Shown here piece by piece: positions 19,799-29,552 of a DNA stretch of 64,000 nucleotides (positions are counted from its first letter, which is position 1; each line of letters begins with the position of its first letter). The notes under the pieces were generated by a model that saw only the letters and a program-made list of their open reading frames with translations, did not search any database and had not been told where the DNA came from. Origin of the DNA: Gammaproteobacteria bacterium (GTDB lineage Bacteria; Pseudomonadota; Gammaproteobacteria; Eutrophobiales; Eutrophobiaceae). The translations under genes and the position numbers were made by a program. Location: contig OZ220696.1 of NCBI GenBank assembly GCA_965116495.1, forward strand, positions 2,688,001 through 2,752,000, written 5' to 3'.

Positions 19799-21142
19799 TC
19801 AAGTATAACTATCAAGCACCTCGCGGATGATTCCGCACATATCGCCTATTTCCGATTTTTCGATAATGAAAGGTGGCGCAATCAACGCCGCATCTCCCGT
19901 GGTCTTGACATGTACGCCGGCATCAAACAGGCGCTTCTGGAAGTCGTGGCCTCGCATGCCCGGTCTCTCTTCAACCAACAGCTCAATAGCAGCCAGCATC
20001 CCGTAACCGCGGATATCCGTGATCAGCGGATGCTCCTGCAGGGCAAAAACTGAATCAAGAAAGTAACCGGAGAGGTCTTTGGCCCGCTGAAACAAGTTTT
20101 CCTTCTCGTAAATATCCAGTGTTGCCAGGCTTGCAGCGCAGGCGGCAGGATGACCTGAATAGGTGTATCCATGGAAGAATTCAATCATGTCTTCTTCGGC
20201 GGCGCCTACGACGGTATCATATATCCGGTCGTGGACGGCAACGCCCGACATGGGCTGGGCAGCATTCGTCATGGCTTTGGCCATCGTTATGATGTCGGGC
20301 GTCACGCCGAATTCCTGCGCAGCAAATGCCGAACCGGTGCGTCCGAACCCGGTGATCACCTCATCAAAAACCAGCACTATGTCATATTGATCGCAAATTT
20401 CACGCAGCCGCTCCAGGTAACCTTCGGGAGGCACCAGCACACCCGTGGAACCGGCGATTGGCTCGATGAAACAGGCGGCTATCCGACTCTCGCCATACGT
20501 CTTAATAATCCGTAACAGATCGTCGGCAAGGTCTTCACCGCCGTCACCGGGTTGACCTTTAATAAATTTCTGGTCGGCTGTTGCCGTACTGCGCATATAG
20601 GCCACACCCGGCAGGACACTGGTGAAAGCCTCCCTGTTTTTGACGATACCGGCGAGTGACGTACCCCCGATATTCACTCCGTGATAAGCCCGTTCACGGG
20701 AAACAAATATGTTCTTTTGCGATTGCCGTCTCGCAAAGTTATAAGCCATGACAATTTTCATGGCCGTATCAACGGCCTCCGAGCCCGAATTTCCATAGAA
20801 GATGTGATTCAACGGTTCCGGCGTTATAGCCGCTAAACGCCTCGCGAGTTCGAACGATTTGGGGTGTCCGCGCAAAAAGGGTGAAGTATAATCAAGTTCC
20901 TGAAGCTGCTCATGCACCGCAGTGGCGATCTCGTGACGGCAATGACCACAGGGAACGGAAAACAGGCCGGATGAACCGTCAATAAGGCGTTCACCCCGGT
21001 TATTCCATACATGGATCCCTTTCCCTCTTACGATCAGCCGGGGCTCCCGCTTGAAAGATTTATTGTCGGTAAACGGCATCCAGTGGTTTTCCAGGTCAGC
21101 ACGGGAACAGTGCCGGTTGGTGATTTCACTTTTATCTGTCAT
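19799..21142 (-). CDS. Class III omega-amino acid:pyruvate aminotransferase (BauA-like; candidate taurine/hypotaurine transaminase)
   Basis: HWMPFT, NSGSEAVDTA, YHG, FDEVITGFGRTG and PDIITMAK; divergent from tauR; start taken at ATG 21142. Confidence 0.85.
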   Translation of the reverse strand: MTDKSEITNRHCSRADLENHWMPFTDNKSFKREPRLIVRGKGIHVWNNRGERLIDGSSGLFSVPCGHCRHEIATAVHEQLQELDYTSPFLRGHPKSFELARRLAAITPEPLNHIFYGNSGSEAVDTAMKIVMAYNFARRQSQKNIFVSRERAYHGVNIGGTSLAGIVKNREAFTSVLPGVAYMRSTATADQKFIKGQPGDGGEDLADDLLRIIKTYGESRIAACFIEPIAGSTGVLVPPEGYLERLREICDQYDIVLVFDEVITGFGRTGSAFAAQEFGVTPDIITMAKAMTNAAQPMSGVAVHDRIYDTVVGAAEEDMIEFFHGYTYSGHPAACAASLATLDIYEKENLFQRAKDLSGYFLDSVFALQEHPLITDIRGYGMLAAIELLVEERPGMRGHDFQKRLFDAGVHVKTTGDAALIAPPFIIEKSEIGDMCGIIREVLDSYT

Positions 21143-21267
21143 GACATCAACCACTTCTGCTAATCTAATGGTCATTCTGTTCACCTGTATAATGTGATTA
21201 TGCCAACTTTATCTTGCCGGTCATCGGAGATATTACGGGGCGGCCCTGTCCTCAGGTAGTGCCAGAA

Positions 21268-22755
21268 ATGAGTAAGCGATCACACCAGCTAATGTGGACA
21301 CAACTGATACAACTGGAAGGGTCTGCCCAGGAAAGTTTGCAGATGCAAGTGAGAAAAGGGCTTACCAGGGCAATCCTTGAAGGCAGGATAAGCATGGATT
21401 TGCCGCTCCCTTCAGGTCGTGAACTGGCACAGCAACTGAAAGTCTCCCGCAATACGATCGTGCTGGCCTATCAACGCCTTGTAGATGAAGGCTACCTTAT
21501 CAGCCGGGAGAGACAAGGCTATTTTGTCAATCCGGCGATACTCAGGTCCGCACCACTGTTTCAAGATGAGCAGGATATAACTGATACAGCCACACCGAAT
21601 TGGCAGACCCGGCTTAATATCGACCTCTCTGTACAACGTAACATTCAAAAACCGGTTGATTGGCAAAAATATAAATATCCTTTTATCTACGGTCAGTCAG
21701 ACCCTGCCTTATTTCCCATAGCAGATTGGCGGGAATGTGTACGCCAGTCGCAGAGTGTGGCCCTGATTGCAGCAGGGAGTCTGGACTATATTGACCAGGA
21801 TGATGAAGTGCTGGTAGAGGAGTTGTGTATCCGGGTTTTACCCAGGCGGGGCATATGGATCAAATCGGAAAACCTGTTAGTCACGATCGGCGCCCAGAAC
21901 GCCTTGTCAGTCATCTCTCAATTGCTTTTCAACAAAGATACCGTGATAGGTATTGAAAATCCCGGCTACCCCGATGCCCGGAATTTATTTTTATTACGCA
22001 CCGAACAACTGGTGTTACTCGATGTTGACGAAAACGGTCTGGTCATCAATGACAAAATCGACAGGTGCGATTATGTCTATGTGACCCCCAGCCACCAATC
22101 ACCTACAACCGCCACCATGCCTTTAAACAGGCGCAAAGCTTTACTGGAAAAAGCGAATACGCACGACCTGATAATAATAGAAGATGATTATGAATCGGAG
22201 GCAAATTATATCCACCAGGCAAATCCGGCTTTAAAAAGCCTTGATAAGGACAACCGGGTCATCTATTGCGGCAGTTTGTCGAAATCGCTGGCGCCGGGTC
22301 TGCGCCTCGGGTTTCTTGTCGCAGACCCTGAGTTGATACAACAAGCACGTATGCTGCGGCGGCTTTTGTTACGTCATCCCCCTGCGCTGGTACAACGTAC
22401 AGTTGCCTTGTTTCTACAGCTTGGACATTATGACTCCCATGTCAGTCGTATTAACCAGGTGTTAAAGAGACGTTGGGAACACATGTGCGCGGCGTTGGAA
22501 CAATACCTGCCTGATGCAACGGACATTCCAGAATTCGGCGGTACGGCATTCTGGGTAAGGGGCCCCGCTGCATGTGACGCTCGTCTGCTCGCGCAGTCAT
22601 GTGCCGTACAAAGCATCTTGATTGAACCGGGAGATGTTCATTTCGGCCAGGACCACCCCCCGATGAATTATTTTCGTCTCGGTTTCTCTTCAATAACAGA
22701 GGGCAGGATAAATGACGGTATCTCCCTGATCAGTAAGAAAATAGACCGTATGTGA
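21268..22755 (+). CDS. tauR: MocR/GabR-family PLP-dependent regulator, TauR-like
   Basis: GntR wHTH (LPSGRELAQQLKVSRNTIVLAY), then aminotransferase domain (YVTPSHQSPT, IIEDDYE, SLSKSLAPGLRLG); directly upstream of xsc. Confidence 0.78.
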   Translation: MSKRSHQLMWTQLIQLEGSAQESLQMQVRKGLTRAILEGRISMDLPLPSGRELAQQLKVSRNTIVLAYQRLVDEGYLISRERQGYFVNPAILRSAPLFQDEQDITDTATPNWQTRLNIDLSVQRNIQKPVDWQKYKYPFIYGQSDPALFPIADWRECVRQSQSVALIAAGSLDYIDQDDEVLVEELCIRVLPRRGIWIKSENLLVTIGAQNALSVISQLLFNKDTVIGIENPGYPDARNLFLLRTEQLVLLDVDENGLVINDKIDRCDYVYVTPSHQSPTTATMPLNRRKALLEKANTHDLIIIEDDYESEANYIHQANPALKSLDKDNRVIYCGSLSKSLAPGLRLGFLVADPELIQQARMLRRLLLRHPPALVQRTVALFLQLGHYDSHVSRINQVLKRRWEHMCAALEQYLPDATDIPEFGGTAFWVRGPAACDARLLAQSCAVQSILIEPGDVHFGQDHPPMNYFRLGFSSITEGRINDGISLISKKIDRM

Positions 22756-22782
22756 CAGACAGGATACTGATAATTTCGTCTT

Positions 22783-22814
22783 CTGGAACTTGGGATACAA
22801 CATAACTGGCTCTA
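22783..22814 (+). promoter_or_regulatory. Candidate TauR direct-repeat box upstream of xsc
   Basis: CTGGAACTT-N14-CTGGCTCTA (23-bp period). Confidence 0.5.
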
Positions 22815-22899
22815 TTTTCCGCATGCTTACATATGTACAGTGAGCCTTTCTGCAATGAGCGTCCACGCCACAAACCATGATTACAGGTAAAATCAGACA

Positions 22900-24654
22900 A
22901 TGACACGAATGAGCCCAAGCGAAGCCCTTGTGGAAACAATGGTCGCCAACGGTGTAACCAGGATCTTCGGCATTATGGGTTCCGCTTTTATGGATGCCAT
23001 GGATATCTTCGAGCCTGCCGGGATATACATGGTGTCGGTGGTACATGAACAGGGGGCGGCACACATGGCGGATGGATATTCGCGGGTGAGCGGCCGCCAT
23101 GGCGTGTGTATCGGCCAGAACGGACCGGGAATCAGCAATTGTGTTACGGCCATCGCTGCCGCGTATTGGGCTCACTCTCCGGTGGTCATCATCACGCCGG
23201 AAGCAGGCACCATGGGCACGGGACTCGGCGGGTTCCAGGAAGCCAACCAGTTGCCCATGTTCCAGGAGTTCACGAAATACCAGGGGCACGTCAATAACCC
23301 GAAACGCATGGCTGAAATCGCGGGTCGCTGCTTCGAGCGGGCTCTCTCGGAAATGGGCCCCGCCCAGTTAAATATTCCACGGGATCATTTCTATGGTGAA
23401 CTAGACGTGGAAATCCCGCAGCCGCGCGCCCTGGACAGGGGACCCGGTGGCGCTACGAGTTTGAATGAAGCGGCAGAGCTTTTAGTCAACGCGACATTCC
23501 CCGTCATAATCTCCGGCGGTGGTGTCGTGATGGGTGATGGTGTGGATGAATGTAAAGCGCTGGCCGAACGTCTCGGCGCCCCGGTAGTCAACAGTTATCT
23601 GCACAACGATTCCTTCCCTGCAAGCCACCCGCTCTGGTGCGGACCCTTAGGATACCAGGGGTCCAAAGCCGGTATGAAACTCATCAGTAAGGCTGACGTC
23701 GTATTAGCGCTTGGCACCCGGCTGGGACCCTTTGGGACATTGCCCCAGTACGGAATGGAATACTGGCCGGAGGACGCGCAAATCATCCAGGTGGATGCGG
23801 ATCACAAAATGCTGGGGCTGGTAAAGAAGATTTCTGTCGGTATCTGTGGCGATGCCAAAGCCGCCGCCGCCGCATTACTGTCCCGCATTGACGATAAATC
23901 CCTGGCTTGTGACGCCAGTAAGGCGCAGCGCGCAAAAGTTATCGAGCAGGAAAAAGAAACCTGGGAAAAAGAACTGGATGAATGGCGCCATGAGAAAGAC
24001 GATTTCAGCCTGAAAGTGATAGCAGAGGCAGAGGACAAATTGCTGTCCCCGCGCCAGGTCCTGCGGGAACTGGAAAAGGCCATGCCGGCCGATGTCATGG
24101 TATCCACCGACATCGGCAATATCTGTTCGGTGTCGAACAGCTATCTGCGCTTTGAACGACCGCGCAGCATGTTTGCCGCCATGAGTTTCGGCAACTGCGG
24201 TTACGCCTTCCCTACCATCATCGGCGCCAAACTGGCCGCCATGGACCGTCCGGCGGTCTCCTATGTAGGTGACGGCGCCTGGGGCATGAGCATGGGTGAG
24301 ACCATGACCTGTGTGCGCGAGGGCATCCCGGTCACTTCGGTGGTGTTCAACAATATGCAATGGGGCGCGGAGAAGAAGAATCAGGTGGATTTCTACGGGC
24401 GCCGTTTTGTTGCCGGCGACCTGAAGAACCAGAGCTTTGCCGGTATTGCGCGGGCCATGGGCGCTGAAGGTATTGTCGTTGATAAACTCGAAGACGTCGG
24501 CCCTGCCCTCACCAGGGCCATAGATGCCCAGATGAATGACGGCAGGACGACGATACTCGAGATTATGTGTACCCGGGAGTTAGGTGATCCGTTCCGTCGG
24601 GACGCCTTATCCAAACCGGTGCGCCATCTGGATAAGTATCAAAACTACACCTGA
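22900..24654 (+). CDS. xsc: Sulfoacetaldehyde acetyltransferase (ThDP-dependent)
   Basis: FGIMGSAFMD, HEQGAAHMADGY, GPLGYQGSK, GDGAWGMS, QWGAEKKNQ and ELGDPFRRDA are diagnostic of Xsc. Confidence 0.95.
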   Translation: MTRMSPSEALVETMVANGVTRIFGIMGSAFMDAMDIFEPAGIYMVSVVHEQGAAHMADGYSRVSGRHGVCIGQNGPGISNCVTAIAAAYWAHSPVVIITPEAGTMGTGLGGFQEANQLPMFQEFTKYQGHVNNPKRMAEIAGRCFERALSEMGPAQLNIPRDHFYGELDVEIPQPRALDRGPGGATSLNEAAELLVNATFPVIISGGGVVMGDGVDECKALAERLGAPVVNSYLHNDSFPASHPLWCGPLGYQGSKAGMKLISKADVVLALGTRLGPFGTLPQYGMEYWPEDAQIIQVDADHKMLGLVKKISVGICGDAKAAAAALLSRIDDKSLACDASKAQRAKVIEQEKETWEKELDEWRHEKDDFSLKVIAEAEDKLLSPRQVLRELEKAMPADVMVSTDIGNICSVSNSYLRFERPRSMFAAMSFGNCGYAFPTIIGAKLAAMDRPAVSYVGDGAWGMSMGETMTCVREGIPVTSVVFNNMQWGAEKKNQVDFYGRRFVAGDLKNQSFAGIARAMGAEGIVVDKLEDVGPALTRAIDAQMNDGRTTILEIMCTRELGDPFRRDALSKPVRHLDKYQNYT

Positions 24655-24669
24655 GCACAGGGGCTGTTA

Positions 24670-25704
24670 TTACGGGGCGCCCAGGCCCAATTTAACCAGT
24701 GCCTTTTTATAAGCAACAGCGCATGCATCAGCGTGGGTGTGCCGTTCGTTCCTTAAATTAAGCAGGTAGTCTTTGGAGTACAAGTTTTCTATCAGGGCTT
24801 TATCTTCACGGTTTACCTGAAGCATATACTCCAACTGTGCCCTGGGATCTTCACATTCCGATATGACTATCTGATAGACGGTAGATCGATAAGCGGAATT
24901 GGGTGATACGACATCGTGAATGGCATACCTTACCCTGCCGTCTTCCTCCTGATCAACCAGCATAGAGCAAAAGGGTAATGTCAATTCTGATACCAGAGTA
25001 AAGTCTCTTGTCAATCCGTCCACTGCGGAACGGCTTATTTTCACCCGTCTCAGCAAGTGCGGTACTGTCTGATCCACAACGAATTCCGGTATACTTGGAT
25101 CTTCAGGATTGCCAAACGTGTCTGCATGTACGAAAGGGAGATGCGCCGGGTCATTAAAATTCTCCACATGGCGTGGCGCTGATGCTTCCCACACTTCGGA
25201 ATTGACTGTAATCGTCGTATCCGGGTTATCCATCACATTTTCATTCTCAAGAATGGGCCATTCCGGCAGGGGTAATAACGGGTCGGGGGTCAGACAAACC
25301 CAGAGCAAACCGTATCGTACCAGGTTCCGGTAGGTGTGCAGGTTAAAACTGGCGGCGATGGGTGCGCTCTGGTTCTCCCGCGCCGGGATCTTGATACATG
25401 TCCCGTCAGCAGCGAATTCCAACCCATGGTAGGGGCAGATAATCCTGTCTTCTTTCACATGACCCATGCTGAGCGGCGCGCCTCGGTGAGGACAGATATC
25501 CCTGGCTACGGTAATACCCTCTCTGGTTCGAAAAATCACCAGAGGCAAATCCAGTAACATAAACCGGTGCGGATTTTCACTTATGTCATCGACAAGAGCC
25601 ACCGGGTGCCACATCGCTGCAAGAACCAGCCAGTCAGTCTTTTTGATAGCGGAAATTTCTGGATAACCGGAAGCTTCACTTGCATAATTTGTTGGTGAAA
25701 ACAT
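24670..25704 (-). CDS. Rieske non-heme iron oxygenase alpha subunit (NdmA/VanA-like); the ORF track labels it + but it is on the minus strand
   Basis: CAT at 25702-25704 and TTA at 24670-24672 on the plus strand; Rieske CPHRG...CPYHG; mononuclear Fe ENFNDPAHLPFVH...ED. Confidence 0.9.
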   Translation of the reverse strand: MFSPTNYASEASGYPEISAIKKTDWLVLAAMWHPVALVDDISENPHRFMLLDLPLVIFRTREGITVARDICPHRGAPLSMGHVKEDRIICPYHGLEFAADGTCIKIPARENQSAPIAASFNLHTYRNLVRYGLLWVCLTPDPLLPLPEWPILENENVMDNPDTTITVNSEVWEASAPRHVENFNDPAHLPFVHADTFGNPEDPSIPEFVVDQTVPHLLRRVKISRSAVDGLTRDFTLVSELTLPFCSMLVDQEEDGRVRYAIHDVVSPNSAYRSTVYQIVISECEDPRAQLEYMLQVNREDKALIENLYSKDYLLNLRNERHTHADACAVAYKKALVKLGLGAP

Positions 25705-25735
25705 CGGTGATATATCCTGACGATATAAACTTTTA

Positions 25736-27082
25736 CTACCTTATTTCTTCAATCATTTGTGCAAAGGGTCTCAGACCGGAGTAAAAAATAAAAAAGGCAA
25801 CCGGAACGAAAATCCCTGCGAACAGTGACAGGGAATATCGTATCAATAACGGATCCTTAAACACATAGTCTGTAAAAAACGCCACCACAAACGGACCGAG
25901 GCCTGCTCCGACAAGTATCAATACAAACAGGTAAATCGCTAATATCTGGCCGCGAAATTCATTGGGTGTGACCTGGGTAATGCACGCCATACCGACGCCT
26001 ACATGAATGCCCACGAAAAATAATGTCGGCGCCAACAGACACAGGACCACAACAGCATTCTGTACCAACGGCGCCAGGATAAAAAACAATAAGCCGACAG
26101 CGCCATAGACAGATACCCGCAAATAGGCATCAGCACGCTTTTTTCCGATCAGCCAGTCTGCCCAGACACCACCGAAAAAGGTCCCGGTGCCGCCACAAAC
26201 CAATACCAGCAGGCCGAAAATCAAACCTACTTCGCCTGGCGTCCAGGCAAAATTACGAATAAACAAAGTAGGCGTCCATGCCAGCAAGCCATAGCCCAAC
26301 ATGGCTGTGGTGGAGTAACCCAGGGTGATGGTTGTGTACACGCGTAAATGTGACGCAATGAACCGGAAGGTTTCACTCAGCGGCAACGTTTCCTGTTCGT
26401 TCCCTGGTTGCAATAATTTATCATGCCGGACGGGTTCCCTGACGGTCAACAATACCAGCAAGCCAACCAGCACACCGGGTAGTCCGACAACAATAAATGT
26501 GGTTTGCCATGGCTGCAGCACACCCACCAGGGGTAACTCCAGTGCCGCGCTGTTTGCCACCATTTGTACGACAAGCCCACCCAGGATAAACGACATTCCT
26601 CCACCTACGTATGGCCCCATGGCCAGGAGACTGATAGGTTTACTGCGTTTATCCCTGGGGAAATAGTCGGAGATCATCGAATAACCACAGGGCGATAAAG
26701 TCGCCTCGCCTACGCCGACACCGACGCGGGCCAGGAAGAACACCCAGAAGGTTTTCGCCAATCCGCAGCAAGCGGTCATAATGCTCCATGCCGCGATGCC
26801 TACGGCAATTAAAGTCCGACGATTTTTATAGTCCGCCAGACGTCCTATGAGAATTCCCACAAGCGCATAAAATATAGCGAAGGCGAAACCGTGCAACACA
26901 CTGATCTGCGTGTCGGTCAAGCCTAAATCCGCTTTAATGGGTTCTATCAGTAAACTGATGATTTGCCTGTCTATAAACGAGACAATATTGGCGATCATCA
27001 ATACCGTTGCGACGTACCAGGAGTAGACAGGATTGGGATAAGCATCATTAAGACCATCATGAACTGGTGAATGATCGGTCAT
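25736..27082 (-). CDS. MFS transporter (spinster-like)
   Basis: FIDRQIISLL, GRLADY, RVGVGVGEATLSP; about 12 hydrophobic segments. Confidence 0.9.
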   Translation of the reverse strand: MTDHSPVHDGLNDAYPNPVYSWYVATVLMIANIVSFIDRQIISLLIEPIKADLGLTDTQISVLHGFAFAIFYALVGILIGRLADYKNRRTLIAVGIAAWSIMTACCGLAKTFWVFFLARVGVGVGEATLSPCGYSMISDYFPRDKRSKPISLLAMGPYVGGGMSFILGGLVVQMVANSAALELPLVGVLQPWQTTFIVVGLPGVLVGLLVLLTVREPVRHDKLLQPGNEQETLPLSETFRFIASHLRVYTTITLGYSTTAMLGYGLLAWTPTLFIRNFAWTPGEVGLIFGLLVLVCGGTGTFFGGVWADWLIGKKRADAYLRVSVYGAVGLLFFILAPLVQNAVVVLCLLAPTLFFVGIHVGVGMACITQVTPNEFRGQILAIYLFVLILVGAGLGPFVVAFFTDYVFKDPLLIRYSLSLFAGIFVPVAFFIFYSGLRPFAQMIEEIR

Positions 27083-27088
27083 ACCCAA

Positions 27089-29371
27089 TCAAAAACGATA
27101 AGAGACAGTGCCTCCAATTTGTCGAGGTGGACCACCCGGTATGGATAAATGTTCAGCGATGAAAGTGAATCCATCAGCGAGCCATTCTTCATCGGTGAGG
27201 TTCTTGACCCAGAGTCTCGCGTCCCACTTATCGTCAGGACTGGTATAACCAATGCTGGCATTCAGTATCCAAAAAGCATCCTGTGACTCGTAATCTGTAT
27301 CTGTATCAGTGAAATTTTGATTATCCCGCCAGTGCGGATTGAAAGTTAGATCCAACCGGCCGCCTTGCGTCACCGGCACCGTATAAGTGAAAAACGCATT
27401 CATGGTTAAAGCCGGCGTTTTAGCGGTCCTGTTACCGGTTACATCGCCTCCCCCAAAACCGAGATCAAAACTGGTGCTGACGAATTCGGCCTCTGTCCAG
27501 GCAAAACTTGTATAAATATTAAATTGCTCAACCGGCTGCCAATCAAGTTCAACTTCAGCGCCGTAGCCTTCCACATCACCAAAGTTTGCCAATAACGATA
27601 TACTGCCTAACTCACCACGCGCACCCGGAATCTCAACAAAACCGATTTTGTCCGTATAATCGTAATAATAACCTGATGCGTTCAGGCGCAAGGTCCCATC
27701 CAGGAAATCACCTTTGAAGCCGGCTTCATAATTGCTCAAAAATTCCGGCTCGGTGACCTCAAATTCATCGTCGGCCAGCGCGCCACCATTAAAATCACCC
27801 CCTCTGAAGCTGCGCGACCAGGTAAACCAAAGGTTGACTTCTTCCGTCAGTGCGTATTGCAATGAAATTCTTGCGCTGGGTTCGAACCAGTCTTCTTCCT
27901 GATTATCCTCATCAGCCAGTATGACGTGCGGCAAGCCGAACCACAGATCTTTACCGATAAACGTGTTGGTTAAAGTGGGATTAGGCGGTGCGAGACTACC
28001 GGCAAGAATAGCGCCCACCCGTTCATCCCAGGTTAACCTGACGCCGGCAGTCGCGGTAAAACGATCGGTAAAATCATAGGAAACTTCGCCGAATATCGCC
28101 TTGTTTTCAGACTCTATGATATTTAAGCGTCCGGCACTGGTACCACCAAATGCCAGAATATAGTTGGATCGAAAGTAGGTAAGTTCATCATCATAATAGA
28201 AACCACCTATTACCCAACTCCATGGACCATCACCATTGGAAGACAACCTAGCCTCCACACTCCATTGTTCGTGTTCATCATCAAAATTAGCGCGTAATAC
28301 CCCGGATGGAGCGCCGTCCGTTTCATTTAAATCCTGCCGTTCGTTAGTCTGAAACGCCGCAATTACTGTTGCAGTAACCGCATCGAACTCATAATCAATG
28401 AACAAAGCTGTTTGAAACAACTCCATTTTGGAAAACCCGTCTTCCCCTTGCTCAGTCGTATATAAATCAGAATCTGCCACGTTACCTAACAGGTTTACAC
28501 AGGTGGTGCCGGGCCGGCCCCGCAGGGGATCAGTACAGGAGAACCCGAAATCAAACGGATGTGCGCCCAGGCCAAATGCCTTGTGTGGGGTGTCCTCACC
28601 ATCCATTTCACTATAGGTAACGGACAATCTTGTTGTTAAACGGTCATTCGGTTCCCAAACCAGTTGACCCCGGACAGCGCCCCAGTCATAACCACCGGTA
28701 TCATCGTCTCCGGTTGCTGCCGGATTCACATTTTCAAAATAACCATCAAGGGTACGGAAAGTACCACTGATACGGGCAGCCACCGTGTCAGACAGGGATA
28801 TACCGACTGCCCCTTCAAAGGCGTATTGATCATATTCAGCTGCGGTCACGCTGGCATAACCATTGGTTTCCCCACCCACCTCCGGCTTGACAGACACATA
28901 ATTAACCAATCCGCCTGTGGTATTTCTACCCCATAATGTTCCTTGTGGCCCTTTCAACACTTCAACGCGGTCCAGATCGAAAACCAGGCCGGATGTGCCG
29001 AAGTTTGAGCCGAAAACAACACCATCCTGATAAATCGCCGTCGCATTTCCTGCAGATGACTGGAAATCATCAACACCTACTCCTCGCAGGCTGTACTCTA
29101 CCTTCCCAAAACCGGTACCGGCTGTAGTCAAACCAGGAATTGAATCCAACAGCTCTCTACCTTGGGCAATTGCGCGTTTTCTTATAGTAGTTCCGGTTAT
29201 AGCCGACACAGCGATGGGTACATCTTGCAGACTTTGTTCCCGCTTTTGCGCCGTTACGACTATCTCTTCAAGTACACCCTGGGCCGTAACCGGATTAGAA
29301 AAAATGAATAACAAAGCACAATATAGCGTGACACTTGCCAACTGTTTAAAACTGGTGAAAATGCGCTGCAT
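27089..29371 (-). CDS. TonB-dependent receptor
   Basis: Signal peptide, TonB box LEEIVVTAQKREQ, RVEVLKGPQGTLWGRN, C-terminal YRF; ATG 29371 with GGGGGA RBS. Confidence 0.93.
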   Translation of the reverse strand: MQRIFTSFKQLASVTLYCALLFIFSNPVTAQGVLEEIVVTAQKREQSLQDVPIAVSAITGTTIRKRAIAQGRELLDSIPGLTTAGTGFGKVEYSLRGVGVDDFQSSAGNATAIYQDGVVFGSNFGTSGLVFDLDRVEVLKGPQGTLWGRNTTGGLVNYVSVKPEVGGETNGYASVTAAEYDQYAFEGAVGISLSDTVAARISGTFRTLDGYFENVNPAATGDDDTGGYDWGAVRGQLVWEPNDRLTTRLSVTYSEMDGEDTPHKAFGLGAHPFDFGFSCTDPLRGRPGTTCVNLLGNVADSDLYTTEQGEDGFSKMELFQTALFIDYEFDAVTATVIAAFQTNERQDLNETDGAPSGVLRANFDDEHEQWSVEARLSSNGDGPWSWVIGGFYYDDELTYFRSNYILAFGGTSAGRLNIIESENKAIFGEVSYDFTDRFTATAGVRLTWDERVGAILAGSLAPPNPTLTNTFIGKDLWFGLPHVILADEDNQEEDWFEPSARISLQYALTEEVNLWFTWSRSFRGGDFNGGALADDEFEVTEPEFLSNYEAGFKGDFLDGTLRLNASGYYYDYTDKIGFVEIPGARGELGSISLLANFGDVEGYGAEVELDWQPVEQFNIYTSFAWTEAEFVSTSFDLGFGGGDVTGNRTAKTPALTMNAFFTYTVPVTQGGRLDLTFNPHWRDNQNFTDTDTDYESQDAFWILNASIGYTSPDDKWDARLWVKNLTDEEWLADGFTFIAEHLSIPGGPPRQIGGTVSYRF

Positions 29372-29478
29372 TTTTATCCCCCCAAGTGACCTATTATTAT
29401 CGCTAGTCTCGTCATGCAACTATTATAGAACAGGCTTTACTGACAGAAGGAAATGTAATCCACACTACCACGTCCAAG

Positions 29479-29510
29479 TAGAGCCAATCAACATTTAACC
29501 GTAGTACCAA
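29479..29510 (-). promoter_or_regulatory. Candidate TauR direct-repeat box upstream of the TonB receptor operon
   Basis: Minus strand TTGGTACTA-N14-TTGGCTCTA, same 23-bp period as the xsc box. Confidence 0.5.
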
Positions 29511-29552
29511 GAATAAATTCAATGTTCACCATACACTAAACAATAGAAACTA

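Noticed and set aside
24670-25704. ORF track assigns the Rieske oxygenase to the + strand
   Set aside because: The listed protein only translates from the reverse complement (CAT at 25702-25704, TTA at 24670-24672), so the gene is annotated on the minus strand
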